This document shows, piece by piece, positions 45,875-55,346 of a stretch of DNA of 64,000 nucleotides (positions within the stretch are counted from its first letter, which is position 1; each line of letters opens with the position of its first letter). Where the stretch lies: positions 34,492 through 98,491 of the forward strand of contig CAJXWR010000001.1 of the NCBI GenBank assembly GCA_913062675.1, written 5' to 3'. A program made the translations under genes and the position numbers. The stretch comes from an uncultured Trueperaceae bacterium. Lineage in GTDB: Bacteria > Deinococcota > Deinococci > Deinococcales > Trueperaceae. The notes beneath the pieces were generated by a model, which was not told the DNA's origin, ran no database searches, and saw only the letters and a list, made by a program, of their open reading frames with translations.

Positions 45875-48253
45875 ATGCTGACCGCCGTCTTGCTGGGCTT
45901 CGTCGCCGCTGCCCTCGCCCCCATCCTCACGCCAACGTTGGGCTCTTCGGTGGGGTGGGCATTCGCACTCGTTCCCGCCGCCCTGACCGCTTGGTTCGCC
46001 ACGCACCTCCCCGAGATTGCCGCGGGTGGCGTCCTCTCCTCGAGCGTGACGTGGGTGCCGCAACTCGGCATCGAGGCCGCCTTCCGCCTCGACGGGTTGT
46101 CGCTCACCTTTGCCCTCATGATCAGCGGCATTGGGACGGCCGTCGTGATCTACGCCGGTGGTTACCTGCGGGGCGACCGGCAGTTGCCGCGCTTCTACCT
46201 GCTGTTGTTTGCCTTCATGGCCGCCATGCTGGGCGTGGTCCTGTCCGACGACCTGATCACGTTGTTCGTGTTCTGGGAGTTGACGAGCCTCACCTCGTAC
46301 TTCCTGATTGGCTACAAGCATGAACTCCGCTCGAGTCGCGATGGAGCGCTGCAGGGCCTGCTGATTACCGGGTCGGGCGGCCTCGCCATGCTCGGGGGGT
46401 TCCTGCTGCTCGGAAATGAGGTGGGCACCTTCCGAATTTCGGAGATGCTGGCCGATCCCGCCGCATTGACCGCGTCGCCGATCTACCTTCCTGCCTTGAT
46501 CCTCATTGCGCTGGGTGCGTTCACGAAGTCGGCCCAGTTCCCGTTCCACGTGTGGCTTCCTAACGCGATGGCCGCACCCACGCCGGTGTCGTCGTACCTG
46601 CACAGCGCCACGATGGTGAAGGCCGGCGTGTACCTCCTCGCGAGGCTCGCGCCGGGTCTGGGTGGCACGCCCGCCTGGTTCTGGCTGTTGACGGTCGTGG
46701 GCACGCTGACGGTGCTCGCCGCGGCGGGCCTGGCGTTGCTGCAACGCGACGCGAAGCGGTTGCTGGCGTATTCGACCCTCATTGCCCTTGGCGCGCTGGT
46801 GGTGCTGATTGGCGTCGGGGGGACGTACGGCGCGAAGGCCATGGTGGTGTTCATGGTGGCGCACGCGCTCTACAAGGCGCCCCTGTTCATGGTGGCCGGC
46901 AACATCGACCACGAGGCAGGCAGCCGCGACGTGACCGAACTCAAGGGGCTAGGGCGCGTCATGCCGGTGAGTTGGACGATTGCGCTGCTGGCGGGCGTGA
47001 GCGCAGCCGGCCTGCCGCCCATGCTTGGCTTCGTGGCGAAGGAAGTGGCCTACGAGACGTTGCTCCCGCACGTGTGGGCACTCGCGGCCCTCATCGCGGC
47101 GAGCGCGGTCATGGTGGTCATCGTCTTCCTCGTCGTCTGGCGTCCCTTCGCAGGTCGGGAGGTCACGGCTCCAAAGTCGCCGCACGAGGCACCCCTGTCG
47201 ATGTGGCTTGGACCCGTCGTGCTGGCCGCCCTGGGCATTGGTTTTGGCTTCGCGCCCGACGTGCTCGCACAAGGATTGCTCGTGCCCGCTGCCAGCGCCA
47301 TCCTTGGGGCGGACGCCTCGTTCTACCTGGCGCTGTGGCACGGGGTGAACACGGCATTGATCCTGTCCATCGCGACGGTCACGATCGGCGTGGTCCTGAC
47401 GATCGCGTGGGGACCCCTACACCGGTTCCTCGTGGCGCGCCTTGGCGGCGTCCGGTTCGGTCCTGCGGGTGCGTATCAGGGGTTCCTCGATGGCTTGGTG
47501 CGCGTGGCCACCTGGCAGACGCGGGTGCTGCAATCCGATGATTTGCAGCGTCACTTGACGACCATCATCGGCTTCGCCGTGGCGCTCGCAGCCGGCACGG
47601 CCTTCGTGCGGGGCGGCTTGGCGTTAGACCTTCCAGCCGTGTCCGGCACGCTGTACGAGTTCCTCATCCTGATCCTCATCGTGGTGGCGGCCTTGGCGAC
47701 GGTGACGGCGCATACGCGCCTGCGCGCCATCACCTCGCTCGGTGTCGTCGGTTTCGGCATTGCCCTCGTGTTCACCATGTTCTCCGCGCCCGACCTGGCC
47801 GTCACGCAGTTCCTCGTGGAGACGTTGATGGTGATCGTCGTGGCGCTCGTCCTCATGCGCCTTCCCAGCACACTGTTGCGCGGCTCGGCGGATCGCTCGG
47901 TGCGATCGGCCGCGGCCCCCATTGCGGTGCTGGGCGGCGTGTTGCTCACCGTCTTGCTCCTCGCCGTATTGAGCGTTCCGCTCGACCAAACGATTCCCGC
48001 CTTCTACGACGCGGCCTCGTACCCCGAGGCGAATGGACGCAACATCGTGAACGTCATCCTCGTGGACTTCCGGGCCCTCGACACGCTCGGCGAGATCACC
48101 GTTCTCGCCGTCGCAGCGACCGGCGCGTTCGCGCTCCTGCGGCGCATCGGGGCACGCAAGGAGCCGGAAGTGGCGTACACCGCACCCCGCGGGAGCGAGG
48201 ACGACGATGACGGCAACGACGAGCCGAGGGAAGGCAAGGGGAGCGAAGCGTGA
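45875..48253 (+). CDS. mrpA: Na+/H+ antiporter Mrp/Mnh subunit A (with fused MnhB-like C-terminal domain)
   Basis: 792 aa, NuoL-like polytopic protein. First gene of a 7-gene mrp operon with overlapping start/stop codons. Confidence 0.93.
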   Translation: MLTAVLLGFVAAALAPILTPTLGSSVGWAFALVPAALTAWFATHLPEIAAGGVLSSSVTWVPQLGIEAAFRLDGLSLTFALMISGIGTAVVIYAGGYLRGDRQLPRFYLLLFAFMAAMLGVVLSDDLITLFVFWELTSLTSYFLIGYKHELRSSRDGALQGLLITGSGGLAMLGGFLLLGNEVGTFRISEMLADPAALTASPIYLPALILIALGAFTKSAQFPFHVWLPNAMAAPTPVSSYLHSATMVKAGVYLLARLAPGLGGTPAWFWLLTVVGTLTVLAAAGLALLQRDAKRLLAYSTLIALGALVVLIGVGGTYGAKAMVVFMVAHALYKAPLFMVAGNIDHEAGSRDVTELKGLGRVMPVSWTIALLAGVSAAGLPPMLGFVAKEVAYETLLPHVWALAALIAASAVMVVIVFLVVWRPFAGREVTAPKSPHEAPLSMWLGPVVLAALGIGFGFAPDVLAQGLLVPAASAILGADASFYLALWHGVNTALILSIATVTIGVVLTIAWGPLHRFLVARLGGVRFGPAGAYQGFLDGLVRVATWQTRVLQSDDLQRHLTTIIGFAVALAAGTAFVRGGLALDLPAVSGTLYEFLILILIVVAALATVTAHTRLRAITSLGVVGFGIALVFTMFSAPDLAVTQFLVETLMVIVVALVLMRLPSTLLRGSADRSVRSAAAPIAVLGGVLLTVLLLAVLSVPLDQTIPAFYDAASYPEANGRNIVNVILVDFRALDTLGEITVLAVAATGAFALLRRIGARKEPEVAYTAPRGSEDDDDGNDEPREGKGSEA

Positions 48254-48660
48254 ACAGCCTAATCCTTCGCACCACCACCCGCCTACTCATCGGCGTGCTG
48301 CTGCTCTTCTCGGTCTTCCTCCTGTTGCGCGGCCACGACCTGCCCGGGGGTGGCTTCATCGGTGGCCTCGTGGGCGCCGCAGCCATCGCGCTGTACGCAA
48401 TCGCGTATGGCTACGAGCATGCCTTCGCCCTGCTTCGGATTCGACCCCGCGCCCTGATTGGCGTGGGTTTGTCGCTCGCCGTGCTGGCCGGCATCCTCGC
48501 CGCCTTCGCTGGGGAACCCATGCTGACCGGGTTGTGGTGGATTCGCGAGGTGGGTCCCTGGACGGTGAAGCTCTCCACGCCGCTGCTGTTCGACGTCGGC
48601 GTGTACCTCGTGGTGATTGGCGTGGTGCTCCGCATGCTGTTCTCGCTGGAGGAGCATTGA
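48250..48660 (+). CDS. mrpB: Mrp/Mnh antiporter subunit B
   Basis: 136 aa, MnhB pattern [17 protein letters not shown]. 4-nt overlap with mrpA. Confidence 0.9.
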   Translation: MNSLILRTTTRLLIGVLLLFSVFLLLRGHDLPGGGFIGGLVGAAAIALYAIAYGYEHAFALLRIRPRALIGVGLSLAVLAGILAAFAGEPMLTGLWWIREVGPWTVKLSTPLLFDVGVYLVVIGVVLRMLFSLEEH

Positions 48661-49109
48661 TGGAGGTTCCCGTCGCGCTCACCGTCGGCGTGTTGTTCGG
48701 CTCGGGGTTGTACCTCGTGCTGCAACGCAACCTGCTTCGCCTCGTCTTCGGCTTGATCCTCATGTCGGGCGGCGTGAACCTCGCCCTGTTCGTCGCGGGT
48801 CGCCTCACGCGCGGCATTTCGCCCTTCGTGCCCGAGGGCGCCTACGCCCCGCCCATGGGGGCGGCGAACCCCCTGCCGCAAGCGCTCATCCTCACCGCCA
48901 TCGTAATCAGTTTCGGGTTGACGGTCTTCGCGCTCGTGCTGCTCCTCCGCACGTACGAGCGACTCGGGACGGTGGAGACGAACGAGCTGCCCATCCGCTT
49001 GCGTGACCCGCACCCCGCGGACGTGTCACCCCCCGCTTCGAGCGTTCCGCACGCAACGCCGAGCACGGAATCGTCGGGCGGAACCTCCGACCCGGAGGTC
49101 GGCTCGTGA
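48660..49109 (+). CDS. mrpC: Mrp/Mnh antiporter subunit C (NuoK-like)
   Basis: ATG 48660 overlaps the mrpB stop. [41 protein letters not shown] is NuoK/MnhC-like. It carries an unusual ~45-aa Pro/Ser-rich C-terminal tail. Confidence 0.88.
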   Translation: MEVPVALTVGVLFGSGLYLVLQRNLLRLVFGLILMSGGVNLALFVAGRLTRGISPFVPEGAYAPPMGAANPLPQALILTAIVISFGLTVFALVLLLRTYERLGTVETNELPIRLRDPHPADVSPPASSVPHATPSTESSGGTSDPEVGS

Positions 49110-50632
49110 GTTGGCTCCTCGTCTCCCCAATCCTGATTCCACTCGCCGCAGCCGCCGTTTCGTTCGCCCTGCCCGAGCGGCGCATGGCGCAACGGACGGT
49201 TGCCGTGGGCGCGAGCGCGCTTCTACTCGCCACCTCGCTGCTCCTCCTCGTGGAGGTAGCGACGCGCGGCATGGTGGTTATGCAGGCGGGCGACTGGCCC
49301 GCCCCGTTCGGCATCACACTCATCGCCGATCACCTCGCCGCCATCATGGTGGTCATCAGCGCCATCATGGCGCTCGCCACCGCCGTGTACGCCCTCGTCG
49401 ACATCGACCCGGCCCGCGAGGGTCTCGGGTATCACCCGCTGTTCCTCGTGCTCGTCACCGGCATCAACGGCGCCTTCCTGACGGGCGACCTGTTCAACCT
49501 CTACGTGTGGTTCGAAGTCCTGCTGATATCGAGTTTCGTGCTGCTGACGCTCGGCAACCGCCGGGCGCAGCTCGAGGGGGGCCTCAAGTACGTCGCGGTG
49601 AACCTCGTCTCGTCGCTGTTCTTCCTCGTATCGATCGGCGTGACGTACGGCCTGACCGGCACGCTGAACATGGCGGACCTGGCCATCGCACTGAAGGACG
49701 TCCCGACCGGCCTGGTGACGATCCTGGCGATGCTGTTCCTCGTCGCGTTCGGCATCAAGGCGGCCATCTTCCCGTTGTTCTTCTGGTTGCCCGCGTCGTA
49801 CCACACGCCCCCCGTCGCCATCAGCGCGATCTTCGCCGGGATGCTCACGAAGGTGGGGGTGTACGCCCTCATTCGTGCCTTCACGCTGCTGTTCACGCAG
49901 GACGTGCCATGGACGCATGACGTGCTCCTATGGCTGGCGGGCGCCACCATGTTGACCGGCGTGCTGGGCGCCGCGGCGCAAAACGAGTTCCGGAAGATCC
50001 TGTCGTTCCACATCATCAGCCAGATTGGCTACATGATCATGGGGCTTGCCCTGTACACCCCGCTTGCGCTGGCCGGCGCGGTGTTCTACCTCGTGCACCA
50101 CATCATCGTGAAGGCAAACCTGTTCTTCGTGGCCGGGCTCGCGCAGCGCATGGGCGGGAGTTTCGAACTGAAGAAGTTGGGCGGTTTGTACCGCCACTCG
50201 CCCCTCCTGTCGATCCTGTTCATCATTCCCGCCTTCAGCCTGGCTGGCTTCCCGCCCCTTTCGGGCTTCTGGGCGAAGTTGGTCGTGGTCCTCGCGGGCG
50301 TGGAGGTGGGGAATTGGGCGATCGTGGCCGTTGCGCTCGTCGTGGGCCTGCTGACGATCTACTCCATGACGAAGATTTGGCAGGCGGCGTTCTGGTCCCC
50401 CACGCCTGAAGGGGTGACGCTCTCGGGCTTGCCGCAGAAGCGCTTGTGGGTGCCCGTGGCGATGCTGGCCGGGTTGACGGTCGTCATCGGCCTGTTCAGT
50501 GCACCGTTCATGAACCTGGCGGAAGCGTCGGCGGCGGAGCTGTTGAACCCCGCCGGGTACGTCGAGGCGGTGCTCGGTGCCGACGCGGCCGCGGAGTACG
50601 ACGTGCCGATCGTGCTGGAGGAAACGCCATGA
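49106..50632 (+). CDS. mrpD: Mrp/Mnh antiporter subunit D (NuoN/M-like)
   Basis: 508 aa, proton-pumping antiporter-like polytopic protein. Confidence 0.93.
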   Translation: MSWLLVSPILIPLAAAAVSFALPERRMAQRTVAVGASALLLATSLLLLVEVATRGMVVMQAGDWPAPFGITLIADHLAAIMVVISAIMALATAVYALVDIDPAREGLGYHPLFLVLVTGINGAFLTGDLFNLYVWFEVLLISSFVLLTLGNRRAQLEGGLKYVAVNLVSSLFFLVSIGVTYGLTGTLNMADLAIALKDVPTGLVTILAMLFLVAFGIKAAIFPLFFWLPASYHTPPVAISAIFAGMLTKVGVYALIRAFTLLFTQDVPWTHDVLLWLAGATMLTGVLGAAAQNEFRKILSFHIISQIGYMIMGLALYTPLALAGAVFYLVHHIIVKANLFFVAGLAQRMGGSFELKKLGGLYRHSPLLSILFIIPAFSLAGFPPLSGFWAKLVVVLAGVEVGNWAIVAVALVVGLLTIYSMTKIWQAAFWSPTPEGVTLSGLPQKRLWVPVAMLAGLTVVIGLFSAPFMNLAEASAAELLNPAGYVEAVLGADAAAEYDVPIVLEETP

Positions 50633-51102
50633 CGATGTTCGCGGTGAACCTGATTCTGGCGATTGTCTGGGCGCTCGCCACCGGATCGCTGTCCGAACGC
50701 AACCTCGTGTTCGGGTTCGCGGTCGGCATGGTCGTGTTGCACCTCATTGGTGCCGCGGTGGGCGACCGCCGCTACGTGGAGCGCCTCTTCCGCATCGTTC
50801 ACCTCATCGTGATCTTCCTGCGCGAGTTAGTGTCGTCGAGCGTGCGGGTGGCGGGGGACGTGCTTCGTCCCGAGTTGCGCATGAAACCCGCCGTCATCAT
50901 GGTGCCGCTCGACCTGACCGAGGATGCCCACATCACGCTGCTCGCCAACCTCATCTCCTTGACGCCAGGCACGCTCACCATCGACGTGGCCGACGACAAG
51001 AGTTGCCTGTACGTGCACGCCATGTACGGTCGTGATCCCGATGCGTTGGTCGACGAGATCAAGCGCACGTTCGAAGAGCGAATTGCGAAGGCGTTCGCAT
51101 GA
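50629..51102 (+). CDS. mrpE: Mrp/Mnh antiporter subunit E
   Basis: ATG 50629 overlaps the mrpD stop (ATGA). MnhE pattern LISLTPGTLTIDV. Confidence 0.88.
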   Translation: MTMFAVNLILAIVWALATGSLSERNLVFGFAVGMVVLHLIGAAVGDRRYVERLFRIVHLIVIFLRELVSSSVRVAGDVLRPELRMKPAVIMVPLDLTEDAHITLLANLISLTPGTLTIDVADDKSCLYVHAMYGRDPDALVDEIKRTFEERIAKAFA

Positions 51103-51398
51103 TCTGGACGGGCGAAACCACCCTCCTGACGGTCGCGGCGGGCGTGTCGCTCACCCTGGTGGCCATCTCCCTGCTGCTTGGGTTCGTGCGGGTGCTGCGT
51201 GGGCCGAGCCTGCCGGACCGGGTGATGGCGCTCGACATGATTGGTCTCGCCTCGGTATCGGTGATCGTGCTCATCGCCTTGATCAGTGACCAGCCGATCC
51301 TGATGGACGCCGCTATCGCCCTCGCGCTCGTCTCGTTCCTCGGGACGTTGGCGTTCGCTCGCTTCATCGAGCGGAGGGAGCGTGGCGTCGATGATTGA
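51099..51398 (+). CDS. mrpF: Mrp/Mnh antiporter subunit F
   Basis: 99 aa, MnhF pattern LRGPSLPDRVMALDMIG. Confidence 0.88.
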   Translation: MIWTGETTLLTVAAGVSLTLVAISLLLGFVRVLRGPSLPDRVMALDMIGLASVSVIVLIALISDQPILMDAAIALALVSFLGTLAFARFIERRERGVDD

Positions 51399-51759
51399 GG
51401 TTCTGGCGGCCGTGGCGATGGTGCTGGGCGGGTTCTTCGTGTTCGTTGCCGCCTTGGGTGCCGTGCGCCTGCCCGACGTGTTCATGCGCATGCACGCCGC
51501 AACGAAGGCAGGCACGCTCGGTGCCGGCCTGGTGCTCCTGGCCGCCCTGCTCGTGTTCGCCACGACGGCGGTCACGACGAAGGCGCTCCTCGTGTTCCTC
51601 TTCCTGCTCTTGACGACACCCGTGGCTGCGCACGTGCTCGGGCGGGCCGCGTACTACGACGGGGTGGAGCTGTGGGACCGCACGGAGAGCGACGCGCTGA
51701 AAGGAAAGTACGACGACTCGCTCGTGGACGCGAGCGAGAACGACGAACACGCCAGCTGA
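51382..51759 (+). CDS. mrpG: Mrp/Mnh antiporter subunit G
   Basis: MnhG pattern GAVRLPDVFMRMHAATKAGTLG. The start is GTG 51382 or ATG 51391. Confidence 0.88.
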   Translation: MASMIEVLAAVAMVLGGFFVFVAALGAVRLPDVFMRMHAATKAGTLGAGLVLLAALLVFATTAVTTKALLVFLFLLLTTPVAAHVLGRAAYYDGVELWDRTESDALKGKYDDSLVDASENDEHAS

Positions 51760-51785
51760 ATCGACGGTTACCGAGGTAAGAAACG

Positions 51786-51817
51786 GCGTGCGTACCCGTC
51801 GGGGCAGGTACGCACGC
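51786..51817. terminator. 11-bp-stem hairpin between the convergent mrpG and the DUF4177-like gene
   Basis: GCGTGCGTACC (51786-51796) pairs with GGTACGCACGC (51807-51817). AAGAAAC lies on the plus-strand 5' side, so the T-tract (GTTTCTT) follows the stem on the minus strand. Confidence 0.5.
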
Positions 51818-51975
51818 AGCGGCGAGTTGGCGCGACGATCGGGTGGAGCTCGGCATCGCGTCGGCAGATGGAATGCCTTGATCCGACTCTGGGAGCCTCG
51901 AGCATCGGCTCGTACCGCGACCGTCAGCCAGGGCCAAGCATGCCGAGAAGCGATTACGCATGGGTAACGCCGCGT

Positions 51976-52299
51976 TCAGGCGTCCGTATCGTCCTCTTGG
52001 CGCATGAACAGGTAACGCACGCGCGTCGCCGTGTCGTGGCTCCGCGGCGTTGCATCGACGAGCCTCCAACCCTGCAAGCCAATCGCGTTGAGGAGATGGA
52101 CCTCGAACAGGTCCTCGGGATTCACGTCGCTTGGCCCACCCATCCGCGCAATCAGCGTGGTGAGTGGGTCGGTCTCGGCGGGAAAGCCAAGTGAAATGCG
52201 TTCATGGGGATTGGGGGGAGACCAGCGAATGCGGGTGGGTCGTTCGTGCCCACCGCCATACCGGAGTTCGAGTTCGGCGTAGCGCCAGGTGCGTGGCAT
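51976..52299 (-). CDS. hypothetical protein (DUF4177-like C-terminal pattern)
   Basis: 107 aa from ATG 52299 (AGGGAGGACCG precedes it). The C-terminus LLNAIGLQGWRLVDA...RYLFMRQ resembles DUF4177 proteins. The longer ORF to 52554 would overlap the cytochrome c gene. Confidence 0.5.
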   Translation of the reverse strand: MPRTWRYAELELRYGGGHERPTRIRWSPPNPHERISLGFPAETDPLTTLIARMGGPSDVNPEDLFEVHLLNAIGLQGWRLVDATPRSHDTATRVRYLFMRQEDDTDA

Positions 52300-52366
52300 C
52301 GGTCCTCCCTTGTGCGCGTCGTTCGGGTGCAATCTACCGCGTGGAGGGAAGCGACGCACATGCGTT

Positions 52367-52401
52367 CGCGGGACGGTGGCCGCTTGGCGCACCGTCCCGC
52401 G
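52367..52401 (-). terminator. 12-bp perfect-stem hairpin after the cytochrome c gene (no U-tract)
   Basis: CGCGGGACGGTG (52367-52378) pairs with CACCGTCCCGCG (52390-52401), with an 11-nt loop. It lies 26 nt downstream of the cytochrome c stop on the minus strand. Confidence 0.4.
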
Positions 52402-52426
52402 TGGACGATCATCGGTTTGACGTGGG

Positions 52427-52939
52427 TTACTCGGCGGCGCCGATCCCCAGCTCTTGACGCAGGGCGTACACGTCCGCGGCCGTGAGGCCGAGACCGCGGT
52501 ACGCCTCGAACTCCTCGGGCGTGAACGGTTCGTAGTCCTCGGGGAGGAGCGCATCGTTGCCCCAGGCGTGCATCACGTAGTTCGTGACGGCTGCGAGTTG
52601 CTCGTTGTTGAGGACGGCTTCCTGTGCGGTCATCAACTGGTTGTAGGGGTTGCCCAGGACCGTGATCTCTCCCTGGATGCCGTAGAGGGTGAGCTTGACG
52701 ATGTACTCACGGTACCCCTCGTAGTCGAGAAGCGTGGGGGCATGTTCCACGAGCGGTGGGTACACGCTGGGGAGGCCCAGGCCGGTCATCTGATGGCAGG
52801 CGAGGCAGACGGTCATGTAGGTCGTCTCCCCCAGTTCACCCCCATCGGCTCCCTGCGCGAGTGCCGCGGGAGCGAAGAGCACCGTGAGGAGAAGCATGGC
52901 GATGGCGTGACGGAGGAGGTTCGGTTGGACGTGCTTCAT
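52427..52939 (-). CDS. class I c-type cytochrome
   Basis: 170 aa. Signal peptide, a single haem motif CLACH, and a distal Met region (NQLMTAQE). GGAGG SD upstream. Confidence 0.85.
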   Translation of the reverse strand: MKHVQPNLLRHAIAMLLLTVLFAPAALAQGADGGELGETTYMTVCLACHQMTGLGLPSVYPPLVEHAPTLLDYEGYREYIVKLTLYGIQGEITVLGNPYNQLMTAQEAVLNNEQLAAVTNYVMHAWGNDALLPEDYEPFTPEEFEAYRGLGLTAADVYALRQELGIGAAE

Positions 52940-53175
52940 GGTGGTGCCTCCAAACGTGGCGCACCCTGACGTTTGCGCCTTCGTTCACAAGCATAGCCCT
53001 TCTGGTGGCCGCGTGCATGAGAGATGCACGACGCCCCCACGTAGGCATCTTCCTCGTGAGTTGAATCACCTCGCCGCCGATCGAGAACGTCGTGCTTTCC
53101 CATCGCCACATCTGCCGAGCGCCGCACCCTGCGCACAGGCCGGCCACGCTTCACAACCATTGATCTCGTTGCTCA

Positions 53176-53211
53176 TCCATAAAGAACGATCCCCACGGAC
53201 GTGGGGATCGT
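53176..53211 (-). terminator. rho-independent terminator of tRNA-Ala
   Basis: 11-bp stem ACGATCCCCAC/GTGGGGATCGT (53186-53196 and 53201-53211) with a 4-nt loop, followed on the minus strand by TTCTTTAT. Confidence 0.7.
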
Positions 53212-53218
53212 CGTTCCT

Positions 53219-53294
<76 letters not shown>

Positions 53295-53330
53295 AAGGGG
53301 ACTCGCCGTTCGTGCTCGCGAGCGACCCTG

Positions 53331-53359
53331 AGTGTATCGGGAGGGGCGGTGCGTGTCAA
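53331..53359 (-). promoter_or_regulatory. promoter of tRNA-Ala
   Basis: On the minus strand: TTGACA (53354-53359), 17-nt spacer, TACACT (53331-53336). It ends about 37 nt upstream of the tRNA 5' end. Confidence 0.65.
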
Positions 53360-53434
53360 CGCGGCGCGCGTCCACCACGGCGTGGAGGGCAGCGAGGCGG
53401 GGCGGCTGAGCGGGCCATCGTGACGGCCGCCTGC

Positions 53435-53440
53435 TAGCAT
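53435..53440 (+). promoter_or_regulatory. -10-like hexamer directly upstream of the OMP-like ORF (leaderless-type)
   Basis: TAGCAT, 6 nt, ATG 53447. No SD. Confidence 0.35.
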
Positions 53441-53446
53441 CGTCGC

Positions 53447-54034
53447 ATGACCGGGTGTCCATTCAAGCCTGCGTGCGTCGTACGGCATCGGCTCCGTTCG
53501 TTCGTGAGCGCCATGCTCCTCGTCAGCATGGGGATTTGGACCGTCGCGTTGGCTGGTTCACCGACCGCATTTCCCGAGTCCACGCTGAGCGCTTCGCTGG
53601 GTGGCGAGCATGCGAGCACGCTTTCCCTGGGCGCCGCGTACGCTGCATCCTTGCGTTACCTCGACGTTCTCGTGGGTGCCGATGCGCACGTGCGTCCGTC
53701 TGGCCTTGCGGGCGGGCGGGTGAGTGCAACCGCGTTGTTGTTTCCGACGGTGGGTACCTCACCTCCGTTGGCGTTGGGGGTGGCGGGGGATGTGACGTGG
53801 CGGGATGCGCGGGTGGGCACGCACCTTGGCGTCGTGGCGGGCCTCGACATGCTGTACCTTTCGCGCGACGTTCCAGCCGTGATCGACGTGTACCTCGCGC
53901 CGGGCTGGACGTTGTCCGAGGGGGTGTCCCTCGCGTGGCACGTGGAGGGGCGTTGGTACGAGGAGGGTTGGGCGTGGCGGTTCGGCATGTCGGATCTCGT
54001 GCCGTGGTTCTTGGGCATCCAGGTGCCGTTTTGA
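53447..54034 (+). CDS. hypothetical protein, possible small outer-membrane beta-barrel
   Basis: 195 aa. Hydrophobic N-terminus (MLLVSMGIWTVALAGS), alternating Gly/aromatic-rich segments and a C-terminal ...GIQVPF ending in Phe (OMP-like). Chosen over overlapping ORFs by composition. The start is uncertain (53447 or 53513). Confidence 0.5.
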   Translation: MTGCPFKPACVVRHRLRSFVSAMLLVSMGIWTVALAGSPTAFPESTLSASLGGEHASTLSLGAAYAASLRYLDVLVGADAHVRPSGLAGGRVSATALLFPTVGTSPPLALGVAGDVTWRDARVGTHLGVVAGLDMLYLSRDVPAVIDVYLAPGWTLSEGVSLAWHVEGRWYEEGWAWRFGMSDLVPWFLGIQVPF

Positions 54035-54110
54035 TCATCCAGGACGTGGTTCACGTTCTTGGCGTACGGTTGCCGTTGCAGCAGAAGACTGAATGCGGTG
54101 GGGTGACGGC

Positions 54111-55337
54111 ATGAGGACGCCGATCCGCCTCCCGGTCGCACGTTGGATCGTCTGCCTGCTGTTCGCTGCCGGTTCCTCCATCGCGTCGGCGCAGACGGTG
54201 GTGACGTTCTGGCATTCGCAAGATGCGACGGAGGACGTGATTGAAGGGTTCGCTGACGCCTTCAACGCGCAGCAGGATGCGTTCCTCGTGGAGCCTCGGT
54301 ACGTTGGGTCGTATCAGGACAGCGCGATTCGATTCCTTGCCTCCATGCGCGACGGGGAGACGCCCGCGTTGTTCGATGCGGAGTTGACGCTCTTCATGCG
54401 CCTTCACGCCGAGGGTGTGCTGCGCGACTTGTCGAGCGATCTACGCGACGTTCCGGGGGTGTTGATCGACGACCTGCAGGAAGCGATGTGGCAAGCGGGC
54501 GAGCTCGACGACGGTCGGTTTGGCCTTCCGTTCCACATGTCGGTACCCGTCCTGGCCTACAACGCGAGCGTGTTCACGCAGCTTGGGCTGGAACCTCCCT
54601 CGACGTGGGAAGCGTTCGAGGAGGTGGCCGCTCTCGTCACGACGCGCAACGCGAAGGGATTCGTGGACGTCGCCGTCGCGTTCGTGTTCGAGGCGCAGGT
54701 CGCGTCGCGGGGTGGGTCGCTGGTGAGCGAGTCGGGCGAGCCGCAGTTCGCAACCCAGGAGGCAATCGATGCCTTGGCAATGTCGCAGCGGCTCGTCGAG
54801 GCAGGGGTGGCCCTCCCGCGCAGTTTTGGGAGCGTGGATCAGGCGCTCGTCGATTTCGTGCGGGGTCGCGTGATGATGGCGTTTGCGAGTGAAGCGTACG
54901 TGCCCACGGGGGAGCGATTCACCGCGACGTTCGATTTGGGTCTCGCGCCCTTCCCACGCGAGGCGGGTGGCCACGTCCCGTTCACAGGTGGGCAACTCGT
55001 CGTGCCGGAGAGCGCGACGGCGGAGGAACGGGCGGGTGCCGTGGCGTTCTGGTCGTTCCTGATGCAGCCGGAGAACGTGGAGGCGTGGGTGAAGGCGTCG
55101 TACTTCCTGCCGGTCCGCAAGAGCGTCGAGGCGGATCTTGGACCATGGTACGCGGCCCATCCGGAGCGCCGGGCGGGCATCGACCAGTTGGACGTCGCGG
55201 TGTTGCGCCCCCGCACGCCGGAGTACGCCGTTTGGCAAACCTATCTGGAGGAGGGTATTGAGCGGGCCACGATGGGGGGCATGGATGCGAACGCGGCGCT
55301 GCAAGAGGTGCAGCGCCGCGCTTTGTCGACTCGTTGA
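54111..55337 (+). CDS. ABC transporter substrate-binding protein, family 1 (sugar type), orphan
   Basis: ATG 54111 gives the signal peptide MRTPIRLPVARWIVCLLFAAGSSIASAQ, then TVVTFWHSQD... typical of SBP_bac_1. There are no adjacent permease or ATPase genes. Confidence 0.85.
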   Translation: MRTPIRLPVARWIVCLLFAAGSSIASAQTVVTFWHSQDATEDVIEGFADAFNAQQDAFLVEPRYVGSYQDSAIRFLASMRDGETPALFDAELTLFMRLHAEGVLRDLSSDLRDVPGVLIDDLQEAMWQAGELDDGRFGLPFHMSVPVLAYNASVFTQLGLEPPSTWEAFEEVAALVTTRNAKGFVDVAVAFVFEAQVASRGGSLVSESGEPQFATQEAIDALAMSQRLVEAGVALPRSFGSVDQALVDFVRGRVMMAFASEAYVPTGERFTATFDLGLAPFPREAGGHVPFTGGQLVVPESATAEERAGAVAFWSFLMQPENVEAWVKASYFLPVRKSVEADLGPWYAAHPERRAGIDQLDVAVLRPRTPEYAVWQTYLEEGIERATMGGMDANAALQEVQRRALSTR

Positions 55338-55346
55338 ACGTGCCGG

